From the human T2T-CHM13v2.0 reference genome, Homo sapiens, in assembly GCF_009914755.1 (NCBI RefSeq), contig NC_060932.1: DNA of 64,000 bases. The stretch is one strand, 5' to 3'. Positions 1 through 12,227 of the stretch are shown here, in pieces (the first letter of the stretch is position 1; the number at the start of each line of letters is the position of its first letter). Position numbers and translations under genes: made by a program. The notes below the pieces were generated by a model. That model was given only the letters and a program-made list of their open reading frames with translations. It was not told the DNA's origin and ran no database searches.

Positions 1-1410
1 ATGCCACCTCACGTTTAAACTGCTTTCCAAAGGGTGATGGGGCAACTAATGTTGCTTATGGCTGTGAGCAACAGCACCTTGTGTTTGGAGCCCTTCTCCA
101 CTTCATGTCCCATCAAACAAACCATATCTTCCTTTTTGTCAATTCCCTCCAATCCCCCCGCCTTATGCCTGGTGTTAATAGGTGTTAACTGGCAAGAAGA
201 TTGTGGCAAAAATGATCTTTCATAAATTGGAACTGACTGTCTCAGTGGGGAGCTCTTTCTCTTTCTCTATTGCACCTTGATTTCCCCAGTCATTTGGGGC
301 CTTACTGACTCCAGAGTGTCTGATAAATCATTGGCTTGGTCTCCTTCATCCTACTCCCTACCTGAGCTCAACAAACAACACGAGAGGCAGCGCTGTAGTT
401 GCTTGTCTTCTCCCACTAATTAGTTGTTCAGGAACTTTGGGCTGCCTCCAAACATTTACTCTCTAACCTGAATGTGCCATTTCCTTAGGCTTAGGACTCT
501 TATTCCCCCCCACCCCTTAAAATACCTCCTCAAGTATTCAGCTACAGTAAAAATGTATATGTGGCCATAGCTCAAGTAGAAAAGGCTCTGACATGTGGCT
601 GGCCTTCCAGGGAACCCTCCTGTCTTCAGAAGCTGCATATTTTCAAGTTGCTTTATTATTCTTGACAAAGTGACTGGACCGTGCTAAAGGAACTAGCATG
701 GGGACTGATTCTCAGCTAAGGAGTTTTCTCCCGCTCCTCCTCCTGTCCCCTCCCCCAGTGTCTGGTCAACATCATTGGCAAGGCCTGGCCCAGTCTGGGA
801 AAGACAGGTGAAGGTCCACAGAGATAGGAGACCTGATCAAGACAGGAGGTTAGGACCAGCCCAGGATTTCTCCTGGATAACACTAATATGAGACATATCA
901 AGGGAGAGTTTGGAAAGTAAATATGAGTCTCTCCCAGAAAAACAAAAACAGGACATTAAAAGGAGGGAGCGAACAACAGAAACCTCTGGGAAAACCAGAG
1001 AGGGGAAGCTATTAGAAGGGCACTTTGGTGTCCTTTCTAGTGCAAGCCTGGGGAAAAAGGAAGGAATTTAGCAATACAGAGATGTGCACCTACCTACTGG
1101 CTGCTACCTCTTGTAGAGATTTGTAAGACTCGGTATTCATGTAAGGGTCTGCAGTCAAACCAGTTCAACTGGAAGGCTCTCAGGGCAGACACTGCCTTAT
1201 TTTTCTTTATATTCTTCCCTTGACTCCTGAGCCTACTTTAGGGTTATGAACCTAACAGGTACTCACTACCTACGTGTTGATTAACTGAGACAGCCTAGTC
1301 ATCACTCAGATTAGAAAAGGTTCCCATAGCTTCAACCCCACCCATCCCAGCTCTGCACCACTATCCTGTGATGACTGTTCTGTGGTTGCCCAGTTGCTTT
1401 TCTAAAGCAG

Positions 1411-1428
1411 GTTCTGCTGCCTTCCTAA
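1411..1428 (+). CDS. BAALC: Alternative C-terminus VLLPS* of the exon-7-containing BAALC isoform
   Basis: GTT CTG CTG CCT TCC TAA, read in the same phase 0 used by the terminal exon. Confidence 0.6.
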   Translation, partial: VLLPS

Positions 1429-1500
1429 TGTCTGATCTTCTATCTGAAGTTCAAGTTGAAAAGCAACAACTCCTTTTGGCACTCGATACAAACTCCCAGG
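1411..1500 (+). other. BAALC: BAALC alternative cassette exon (probably exon 7), 90 nt
   Basis: Acceptor ttgcttttctaaagcag ends at 1410 and a strong donor AGG|GTGAGT starts at 1501. In phase 0 it reads VLLPS*, which fits my recollection of a 149-aa isoform (144+5 aa). Confidence 0.75.
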
Positions 1501-3737
1501 GTGAGTAAGTCTAAGTGTAGATGGGGAAGGGGGCTGCGGTCTGCACAGAATGTGCTCCAGGCTTGGAGGAATCTTAAGAGTTTTACCTGCAGCATAGTCT
1601 GACCCCTGCGTTCTGAGGCTAGCAGCTGGCCCTTGGTGGAGTTGCTAAGATCAAATATCCCATGACTGACCTTGCATTAATGCCGTACAAATTCACAAAG
1701 CAGCAGCAAATACATTCACAGAATTTGAGAACAATTAGGGTGTGTTATTGTGTACCTTCCTTTCATGAGACCTGTCTGAAAAGACGTCAAACATCTGGAG
1801 TTGCAGCTGCCAAAGCTCTCGTCTTTAATCTTTTGGGAAGGAAGAGAGGATAAAACTAATATTTTGACGTGCCTACAACGTGCCAGACACACTATGACAT
1901 CATTTTTAACCCTTACAACTCTAAAAGGTAAGCAACATCATTTCCTACCTGGGAAAACAGAGGCTCAGAAACTAGATATCTGGTCAACATGGCCCAAGGA
2001 GTCATGATTTGGCTGTGTTCAAATTCAAACCCAGGTCTGTCTCCATCTAAGCCCCAAGTTCTTCCTTCCCATTATCTGAAACTTAATGGCGGAGAATTTA
2101 GAGTGAGCTTTGGCAGAGTTGTGAGAGGTGGGATATGAAACCTGGGGCCACCATCTTTAGTTTGACTCATCACCCATATTGACATTGGCCTTGAGTTAAT
2201 TGCATTTGCCTGAGTGGTTTCAGCTGCCTCATTGGGAAAGCGAATACAATAACATTCCCACCTGTCTCTCAGGGATGGGGCAAGGAATGATTAATCATGG
2301 ATGTAACTGAAATCTTGTAGGAAAGTTCTGGGACACTGAGGCAGGGCAATGCACACAGTTTCTGTTCCCAGGGATTTTTCTTTTCTTTTCTTTCTGAAGA
2401 TTTGTCTTCACACATGTGTTCATGGTCAAATTATTTACTGAGTGTCTATTATGCGACAGGCACTAAATTAGAGTCTGGGCAATACTATAAATGAATGAAA
2501 TAGACTAGGTTCCTACTGTCTTGAAGTTTACAATATGAGGAGGAAGCAAAAAAGAAGTTAAAAAATAAATGCATAATTTAAACTGTGGTTAAAGGCCAGG
2601 AAGGAAGTAAAGAACATAGGGAGAGAGAATAACAGAGCCCTATGCTTCTATATGCCTAGAAAATCCCTGCAACATTCCATAAGAAAATATTAGCCATAAT
2701 TATCTCTGGGGAAGGCACTAGAAGCCCTTCTCTACTCTTTGAATTTCTTTTTGCCATAATTATGTCTTCCTTTTATAATTAAAAATACTACTTATACAGA
2801 AAAATTGGTGTCTCACACATCATAATCTCAGAAGCCATGTTTTTCTTTGTTGTCTGCAAAGAACTATGAAAAGGTTTGTATAATCCCATGTTAGGTACAG
2901 ATATATTTGTGGAGTTCAAGCAAAGCTGAGAACATCTCTATTTCCATTTGGGGGGAAAGTGAGAAAAGGCTGAACAAAGGTATCTGCAGTCTTGAATCCA
3001 GGTCTCCAGGAGCAGCCAAGCTGTCCCAACCTCCACAGGAAATGGGCTGATTATTGACATCTGAACCCCAAGATAAACAAGTCCATCTGGGTCAGAGACT
3101 GCCAAGAGGTTATCACGGTCAATCTGGTTACCCTTGAGAAATGGCAGGCTACTTTTAATTAAAGAGGCAGTATCAAGAAGACTAAAATCTATGATTCATG
3201 GGGTACTAAAGCTGCAGAAATTAAAATGAGGTAAGGAAAGAGTTGAAAAGCTGTAAAACTAGGTGAGAAGCCAGAGGTGGCCCATTAACAAGAGTCAATG
3301 GTGATAAAACTCACAAAACAAGAATGTTAGAAGTAGAGGAAGGATTGGCACAGCTGCATGAGAAAAAGGTGCTAATTAGGCTCCTCTCATTATGGAATTG
3401 GGGGCCATACTTTTTTTTTTTTAAGCCAGTAATTGCAATAGAAACACATTTTCTTTTCCTGTCATTAAAAAGGTATGGGGGGTGATGTTAAAAAAGGTTT
3501 GGCTGGCTGGAAACTACATCAGAGGGGAAAATACGTTGTATAAAGCATCACAGGCACTGAGGGACAAAATGGTGTGATTGTTTCTTGTGTTTATATTGCT
3601 CTTCTCAGCGGAGGGCAAAACAACTCACTTCTCCAAACTTCTAGATAAAATATCTGGCATTGTGATTCTTTTTCTCATCTTCTTTCTCTCTCTTGCTTGG
3701 GCTTGAAATCTAAGGTTTTTGAGATGTAACTAGATTG

Positions 3738-4494
3738 TGTTGATGAAAAGAGTCAAACTCTACAATATTTGAAGAGATTTATTCTGAACCAAATATGAGT
3801 GACCATGGCCCATGACACAGCCCTCAGGAGATCCTGAGAGTATGTGCCCAAGGTGGTTGGGGCACAGCTTGGTTTTATATATTTTAGGGAGGCATGAGAC
3901 ATCAGTCAAATACATTTAAGAAACACATTGGTTTGGTTTAAAAAGGCAGGACAACTCAAAGCAAAGTGGGCAGGTGGCGGGTGGGGGGCTTCCAGGCTAT
4001 AGGTAAATTTAAACATTTTCTGGTTGAGTTTGTCTAAAGACCTGGGATCTGCAGAAAGGAATGTTCAGGTTAAGAAAAAGGATTGTGGAGACCAAGTTTT
4101 ATTGTGTAGAGGAAGCTCTTAGATGGCAGACTATAGAGAGAGCAGGTTGTAAATTTTTTACAGACTTATAGGGGTGGCTGGCTCTTAGTTGATTATCTCC
4201 TGGATCTGGGAAGGAAGGAAGGAAAACAGAGGAAAAAGGATTCTCTATAGAATGTGGATTTTTCCCACAAGAGACTCTGTGGGGCAATTTCAAGATATGT
4301 CAAGAAAATATATTTTGGGGTAAAACATTTTGATTTTCTTCCTTGTTATGCCAGAGTCAGACTGGAAAGTAAAACACAATATACAGGGTCAAACAAAACC
4401 TATCTGATGAGAATTTATGGTTTGTAGGTTATGACTCCCCAGGCCCCTTAGATAGGAATTTGGGCAAGATAAAAAAATCAGAGTTTAGTCCTCA
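3738..4494 (-). mobile_element. ERV1 solo LTR, MER4 group (MER4E-like)
   Basis: TG...CA termini and a 4-bp target-site duplication (TSD) ATTG on both sides. The reverse strand begins TGAGGACTAAACTCTG. Confidence 0.85.
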
Positions 4495-4890
4495 ATTGCA
4501 ACGACTACCAACCTCTTAAACATCCTCACGACTGCTTTTGGTTGGGTACTTTTCCGGCAATGTCTCAAATTCAAAAGCTTCTCTTTCATAAAACATTTCT
4601 GAGAAAATGCATTGTTGTTCTAATTATTTAATTTGCTAACTTAAATACAGTGTCATTATTTGAAAGTGGATTTGTTTACGGCTTGGAACTTTTTGAGCCC
4701 ATATCATGGGAGTTACAGAACTTTAGTTTGTCCTTTATCTGGAAGCACAACTTTTAGAGTTATTGTTGTTGCCATTTAGAAGTAGTAGTAGCAGTAGTCA
4801 TCGTTTCAGTATAATGAGGCTTTATATTTTAATTTGCTGTTTGACTGACATCATCTTTTTACAAATAAAATTAATGTTAATAGCTATAAT

Positions 4891-5327
<437 letters not shown>

Positions 5328-6021
5328 CTCAATGTTATGTGACATACTTAATTCTCTCAAAGAAAAGTAAAGAGCAGGCATTATTTCCTTCATTTTTCAG
5401 ATAATAGAACTGAGTCAAATGTCAAAGCAACATGTCTTGCTGCAGCTAACTGGTAGCAAAGGCTTGCTCCATGTCCAGATCTATCTGGCCCCAAAGTTTG
5501 TGCTCTGAATATTTCTATTGTGCAGGCTTATGATATACAGATTTAAGAAATGACCCTATTGTAATTGGGATTACAATTATATATATATATCTGTGGCTGT
5601 TATAGGAATGACTACTTTGTAGCCTCTTAAATAGGCTTGGAAATCCAACTACTGGATTTTTTGCTTAGATTTTTAAGCTTAGAAGTACAGACTGAAATAA
5701 AGAGCTTTGTATCATCTGTGTATCATCTTTAATAAACTTTTGTGAAATCTTACCAACAGTCTTTTCTAAAGAAAAGCACTTCTGCAGTTTGGAACATTTC
5801 CATTTCCATTCTGGAAAGCCCTCTTACCTCCCACCAATTTGAGGGGAATGCTACAGTCAATTTAGCTCACTTTAAAGAAGGCCTCTGCATTCTATTCCAT
5901 GCCCCAGTCCTCAAAGCTATTTAGTGACACCCGGAATGGAAGTCAGATGGAATTGGTCTCATAATTACCACGGTTTTCTTTAGGAAACAGAATCACTGCC
6001 TTCTTTTCCTTCACAACGCTT

Positions 6022-6082
6022 TGTGCGTGTGTGCATATGTGCATGTGCTTCTGCGTGCGTCTGTGTGTGTGTGTGTGTGTGT
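6022..6082. repeat. Imperfect (TG)n microsatellite
   Basis: Alternating purine-pyrimidine run ending in a pure TG tract. Confidence 0.85.
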
Positions 6083-6132
6083 TTAGCAGGCATGGGGCAG
6101 TCCAATGTGAACTCAGAAAATGAAGTAACTAC

Positions 6133-6912
6133 TGTTGATGAAAAGAGTCAAACTCTGTAAAATATTTGAAGAGATTTATTCTGAGCCAAATATGAGTGAC
6201 CATGGCCCGTGACACACCCTCAGGAGGTCCCGAGAACATGTGCCCAAGGTGAGCGGGGCACAGCGCTTGGTTTTATATATTTTAGGGAGGCATGAGACAT
6301 CAATCAAATACATTTAAGAAATACATTGGTTTGGCTCAGAAAGGCAGGACAACTCAAAGCAGAGTGGGCGGGTGGGGGGGCAGGGGCTTCCAGGCTATAG
6401 GTAAATTTAAATATTTTCTGGTAGACAATTGGTTGCGTTTATCTGAAGACCTAGGATCAATAGAAAATAAATGTTCAGGTTAAGGTAAAGGATTGTGGAG
6501 ACCAAGTTTTGTTGTGCAGAGGAAGCTCTCAGCCGACTTCAGGGAGAGCAGGTTGTAAAATGTTTCTTATCTGACCTAAAAGGGCACCTAGCTCTTAGTT
6601 GACTATCACCTGGATCTGGAAAGGAAGGAAGGAAAAAAAAGGAAGGGGAAAGGGGATTCTCTATAGAATGTGGATTTTTCCCACAAGGGGTGGCTTTGCA
6701 GGGCCATTTCAAAATATGGCAGAAAAATGTTTTGGGGTAAAATATTTTTATTTTCTTCCTTGTTATGCCAGAGTCAGATTGCAAAGTAAGTCACGATATA
6801 CAGGGTTAAATAAAACCCATCTGATGAGAATTTATGGTTTGTAGGGCATGACTCCCCAGACCCCTTAGATAGGAGTTGGGCAAGATTAAAAAAAATCAGA
6901 GCTTAGTCCTCA
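6133..6912 (-). mobile_element. ERV1 solo LTR, MER4 group (MER4E-like), second copy
   Basis: Colinear with 3738-4494. TG...CA termini with its own TSD CTAC. Confidence 0.85.
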
Positions 6913-7342
6913 CTACTCTTAGAAAGAATGCTTTAAAGGACAGGAGGAGTTAAAGACAAATAACAAGAGATGCTTAGTTTCAAGGTCGTGTGATTTTATC
7001 AGTTCTCTGCTTTTGGGGAAAAATAAGCCCATAAAAGTCTTTGCTAGCCCTAGTGCCAGTTCAGGCTCAGAAAACCTGAGTGTAAGACTGAGCCCTAAAT
7101 AGTATTGCCTACTGGTTGTTAAAGCAAGGGTACACTGACAAGTGTGGTGCATTCATTCATTCATTCATTCACTTATTCAAACAAAGTTAAACTGAGAGCT
7201 TATGATGTCTCAGAACTGTGCTAGGCACTGGGAACACACAGAGGAAAGCAATGACATCCTATCTCATGAAATAAATAGATAAGACTAAAATTATGTAGAG
7301 TCAAAATTATCCTTAAATGTTCCTCAAATCACCCATAAAGTA

Positions 7343-8464
7343 TGATCTTTGGTTAGGTTCCCTAAACGCAGAACCTGAGATAAGGATGTAAGTAATTGAA
7401 AGGATGCAAGTAATTCTCATGCAAGTAATTGAAAAAGTACACTCAGGTGAAACCTGCATGGTAATGGAGGAAGCAGGGCAGGGCAGGGGATCAGATTCAG
7501 CAAATGTGTGAGTTCAGTCAGCGGAACAGCTGTAGTCTAGCCTCAGCCAGATCCCACAAGGAGACCTGGGGCAAGCAAAGCACCATGGATTTGTACCCCC
7601 AAGAGGCTAAGGGGCAGCCTTTTTTATCCTAACAATCAGGCATGGGATATGGGCCTATCCAGGATATGGGCCTCTTTGGCATTCCTGGAGGAGGTGGCTC
7701 CAATCAGATGAGGGCAATTCTCAAAAGAAGGGTGTGCTGTGAGCAGTTAGCAGCCAACAGTCACAGCAGCTGGGAGGGATGCTCTGGCAGAGTAAAGGGG
7801 ATCTAGAGAGGGGTGTCGCCATCAGCTACACAAGGACACAGGATTTATGTGACATATTAGAAACATACATATCGTTTGCTAATAAATACAACAGAACAAT
7901 GGATTTTTCTCCATCAGTGCAATAGTTCACCATTTATTTGGATGCACTACAGAGGAAGTAGTTTGTGTTCAGGGGCCATGTTGTTTGAAAAATGTGCATC
8001 TCTCAACACCCAGCACAAGGAGGTGCTCATGCCTGGAGGGGTGTTCCCACAGGATCTGAGGCAGACTATGTTCCCAGGAGGCAGACCAAGATGTCATTAT
8101 ACAGGATGTTAGGAAGTGCCCTTGAGGCCAACGCCTGTGGAAAGGGATGATGGAAGCAGGAGTGGGTTAAGGGAGAAGTCCAGCCACAATGCAAGCTGAC
8201 AACAGCTTCAGCGACCCCTGCTCCATGCAGCTAAATGGCTTGTGGGAGCTGACCTGTTTAGGGCCCAAATGGTCAGACCTTTATGCCCTTCCATTTACCT
8301 GCACATTGGCCCATCTTGGGAAGGGCACAAACTTGAGTGAGGTGGCTCTCTGCAGCTGATGCTGTCCCCAGCTGGAGGCTACTTGCTGACTGTTCTCCCT
8401 GCAGCGAGGCAGCAGGTCATTTCTGGAATGGGGCTGGGCAGCAAATAACTGTGTCCATCCACCA
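7343..8464. mobile_element. Two adjacent degraded ERVL-type LTRs (LTR33/LTR16-like)
   Basis: Motifs ggttccctaaacgcagaacctgaga (~7355) and ttcccaggaggcagaccaagat (~8071) resemble old ERVL LTR ends. Confidence 0.45.
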
Positions 8465-9194
8465 GTGGAGGTGACTCACAAGCCCACTCGTGTTCACCCC
8501 CAGCACACAATCACAAGAATAGGCACAACACTGCCCCTCACCAATGCTGTTTTCTCTTTTAGGGGATGGAGAGTCAGGGACTGGACACATATACTTAAAG
8601 AACCTACAATTTAATTAATGCTTTAATGTTTAATATTAATTCAGAACTTTTGTCATTGGTTTATCCTTAGTTAGAAGTAGATAGTCTATCCTACTTTTTA
8701 AGCTTATTTTTTTCCCATTTTCATTTAGTGACAGTCATTGTACTAAGTACCTTACATGCATTACCTTATTTAATCCATATAAAAACCTTATGAGAGAGAT
8801 AATATTATTATTCCCCATTTTACAGATAAGGGTTAGAGAGTTGGAAAAACTTGCCCATAGTGAAATCATATAGCCAGTATTTGAACCAAAGTCTCTCTGA
8901 CTCCAAAGCTCAAACACTTAACCACTCTACTAAAGCCAACTATGAAAACTTTCACATTACCCTTTGATGGACCATAGCTCATTCACTCAACAGTGTTTTA
9001 ATAAACATGCCCTATTCCAGGCTCTGTGCTGTGTTGGTATTAAAGATTCAACAAAGAAACCTCTGATAGGAAGCATATGTGCATGCGTTCTTGTGGGTCA
9101 TTCTTCCTGACTGTGTGTGTGCGTGTATGTGTGTGTGTGTATTTGTGATAATCTCAAGAGATTAATGCAAATTGTGAGGACCTTCGTATATTTC

Positions 9195-9894
9195 TGTGAA
9201 AGGAAAATAAAAATCTCAGGACCCCAAACTCACTATGGAAAGGGAAAGTTAAGCTTAGGAGCTAAGCCACCCAAAACTGCCTTCCATTTTGTTCCTAAAC
9301 AGATAACTGCAAAGATAGAAGGCCACATACCTTCCAGGGGGACTCCCTCACAATTTCTTACAAAGAAATTCCTTGTGGGCCCTAAGATCTTTACCCTAAA
9401 ACAGAGTTCTGTTGGATTTCACCCCATGTAAATTAACAGCTTATCTTCACAGGTATGGGACAAAGACAGGACTAGGAGTCATCCCTCTGCTCACTTGAGA
9501 CAAATGCATATTTTACTCATTAACTATTCTATGTTTCTTTTATCTTATGTAAAAAATGCAAGTTCATTGAGCATGAGACAAATGCATATTTGACTGTTCC
9601 TCTATCCCCTCCTTTCACACATAAAATGTGGATTCAGTGAATGCTCATCAAAGCCTCAAAAGAATGTAACTGTTTGCCCCTATTCTCTACCCTCCCTTTT
9701 CCTTTCCTCTTTCCCTTACTGCCCACTCTTTCCCCCTTAAATAGTGAAGTCCTCAAACCCTCTTTGGGAATTTTTGCACAGATCACAAATGTTCCTGTGA
9801 TTTATGTTCCTTTTTCCCAGGCACATTCTCAACTATGGCACAATAAACCTCTAAATTGATTGAGACTTGCCTCGGTCATTTTCTTTGGTTTACA
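9195..9894 (+). mobile_element. ERV1 solo LTR, MER4-group-like, sense to BAALC
   Basis: Starts TGTGAAAGGAAAATAAA and ends GGTTTACA, with TSD TTTC. It has a TATA-like TTAAATA at 9737 and AATAAA at 9842. Confidence 0.85.
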
Positions 9895-9932
9895 TTTCCT
9901 AGTAACTCAATTCACTGTTTTCAACTTAACAG

Positions 9933-10043
9933 GCTAAAAGAGATGCTAAGAGAATGCCTGCAAAAGAAGTCACCATTAATGTAACAGATAGCATCCAACA
10001 GATGGACAGAAGTCGAAGAATCACAAAGAACTGTGTCAACTAG
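9933..10043 (+). CDS. BAALC: BAALC (brain and acute leukemia, cytoplasmic) terminal coding exon, last 36 aa
   Basis: Acceptor tgttttcaacttaacag ends at 9932. Translation AKRDAKRMPAKEVTINVTDSIQQMDRSRRITKNCVN then TAG (10041-10043) matches the BAALC C-terminus. It is below the ORF track's length cutoff. Confidence 0.95.
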   Translation, partial: AKRDAKRMPAKEVTINVTDSIQQMDRSRRITKNCVN

Positions 10044-10267
10044 CAGAGAGTCCAAGCAGAAGGGCAGATGGACTTCTTCAGTGTCCTTCACGGCACTGGA
10101 TCCCATCAAAGAACCTTGAAGAAGTGGCTGCCCCTTGCTGGACCTGAATTCTACTGAGTCCCTGGCAAGACTGTCTTACCTGGCAGCAAACTGCTGCCTG
10201 ATTTGTTGGGACCTTCTGAGCCTTCTACTTATCATGTAAATGTATTGGCACAGTGCTTACATATGTT

Positions 10268-10273
10268 AATAAA
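10268..10273 (+). terminator. BAALC: Proximal polyadenylation signal
   Basis: AATAAA with upstream TGTA motifs and a downstream GT/T-rich tract (gtttgtctctttg). Confidence 0.7.
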
Positions 10274-11270
10274 CTGCAAATGTGCAGTTCAGTTTGTCTC
10301 TTTGCAACTCCTGTAATACGGTCTGGTGTAAAAGTAGTGAGTTAAAGCTACAGGTCAGTTTATGAAACAGAAAAGTAGGAATGCATTTTCTGGGTGAAAG
10401 AGTCACACCTTAGTGCTATAACTCTCCTGCCCATGATAGTGTATTCTGTTTCAGGCAAGCTTATTCTTTCCTTCTTTCATTTTAAATATTGTCATTACAA
10501 ATCTTACCAGGTTCACTTAAAAGCTGGCTTTCATCCAACTCTAAACCCACATATTGAAAAAATCAAGGTACAGGAAAACTCCTTGTTATCCTTGTTTCCT
10601 TAGCTTGGTATGAGACAGATCGGATCCAGTTTCCCATGCACCAACCCACTGCCCATGGCATGTCTTTGGGAGGTGTCTGTGAAGCAGTCATACCTGCTCC
10701 TCATCTGCCTGGAAAGTCCTCCTATTCCAGTGTCCATGTTGGCCTCCAGTCCTTAATGTCACCATGCTTGTGGCCAATGCATCCAAATAAGGATACCCCT
10801 CAGGGCTCAGCTAGACATTGCAATTTTGCATAGCTTTCCAGTTCCCTTTGCTTGTCTTCTTGACTGTCTTCCCTCTCTATCGGGGTCACTTGCAATTGTT
10901 AATCAAAGATTGAACACTGCGTAGGAGAGGGAGATGATCCAGAGACATGTGGCAGCAGGCATGGCTTCCCCTTGGCCTCTCTGTACACTGCCCCAGGACT
11001 GTCATTTTGGCATCTGCAAAGGAATCACTTTAGAAAGCCAGCACCTGGTTGATGTGTATTCATACTGACATTAGATTGATGTGCACTGCATTAGAAATGA
11101 GGTAGCTGACACAGAAAAAGGATGTTTTGATAGGAATAATTTTCTAGTATGTCTTGAAACATGTTCATCTGGAAGTATTTTCCTCCAAAGTAATGTAGCA
11201 TGATTTTTCAAGGATTGTTAACATGCCTGGGATTGGGAAAGATAGGACTAAAGTTGTGCCAAACTATATC

Positions 11271-11276
11271 AATAAA
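11271..11276 (+). terminator. BAALC: Middle polyadenylation signal
   Basis: AATAAA followed by GT-rich ttggtgttatgtttatgt. Confidence 0.6.
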
Positions 11277-12221
11277 TTCCATGTTTAGCAGAAATAGGCA
11301 GCCTATTGGTGTTATGTTTATGTAACATAGTCCAGAGAACTGACATGCAGGTCAAAAGTCAGATACGCAACCTCCTTATCTGCTAACTCTGTTATTCTTC
11401 AAACACAAGTGGGTAGTGTCATTTTTCCTTCCTTCCTTCCATTGGCAGATTGTATATTTATTCACAAAACATTAAATGTCCATCCTGTGCCAGGTACTAT
11501 GCAGATGTTGAGGGATTTGGGGTCTGGTTAGTCGTGACTATCTATCCTGAATCTAACAGTGACTTCATAACTAGGAGACTGAATTAGACCCTTAAGGTAT
11601 AGTGTGTGTTGCAAATCACTCTGCAATGGAAACTTTTATATTCAGGGTAGGTTTGTGTCTTAAACTAGGTGTTCTAATCAATGTACAAGACTTTACCATA
11701 CACGCAACTATAGTTTTTCTAAACCTTCATCATTTTGTGATTCTTTGAGAAAGGGCTTTTAGGAACTTTATGTTCTAAAAAATGTTTTTAACAATAATAA
11801 GATAAAAGAAAAACCTGTGATTCATATGTCCCCACTGGCATTACTCAGCAGGAGCCCCCAGCTGCCAAAGGTTGGCAGTGATCCTGCAAGTTCAAGGGCT
11901 CTTTCTCCCTGGGGATGTGCTTTGTGGCTTCTCTTTACAGCTTTGTTTCTGCATCAGTTCACTGCTGCATGTTGTTTGGAATTTATCACCTTAAGAAAGT
12001 GTCTCTGTTTTATATAGAAACACTTTCTCACTTACAGGGGAGAAGGAAATGCAGGGCACATGATCTGGCCCTCCCCAGAACAATCTGGATTTCACGGAGA
12101 CAGCAACCAGAAGTTAAACCATGTGACTAAAAATGCATCTGGCTTTTTCATGTATGTATGAGACAGAAACTAATCCTTACTATCCTATTAGGATACCACT
12201 TTTCATTGCAAAGTTTGTGTC

Positions 12222-12227
12222 AATAAA
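12222..12227 (+). terminator. BAALC: Distal polyadenylation signal
   Basis: AATAAA with upstream TGTA repeats. MIR-like sequence resumes shortly afterwards. Confidence 0.75.

Noticed and set aside
9921-10109. 62-aa minus-strand ORF over the BAALC last exon
   Set aside because: It is an antisense shadow of the real coding exon and resembles no known protein.
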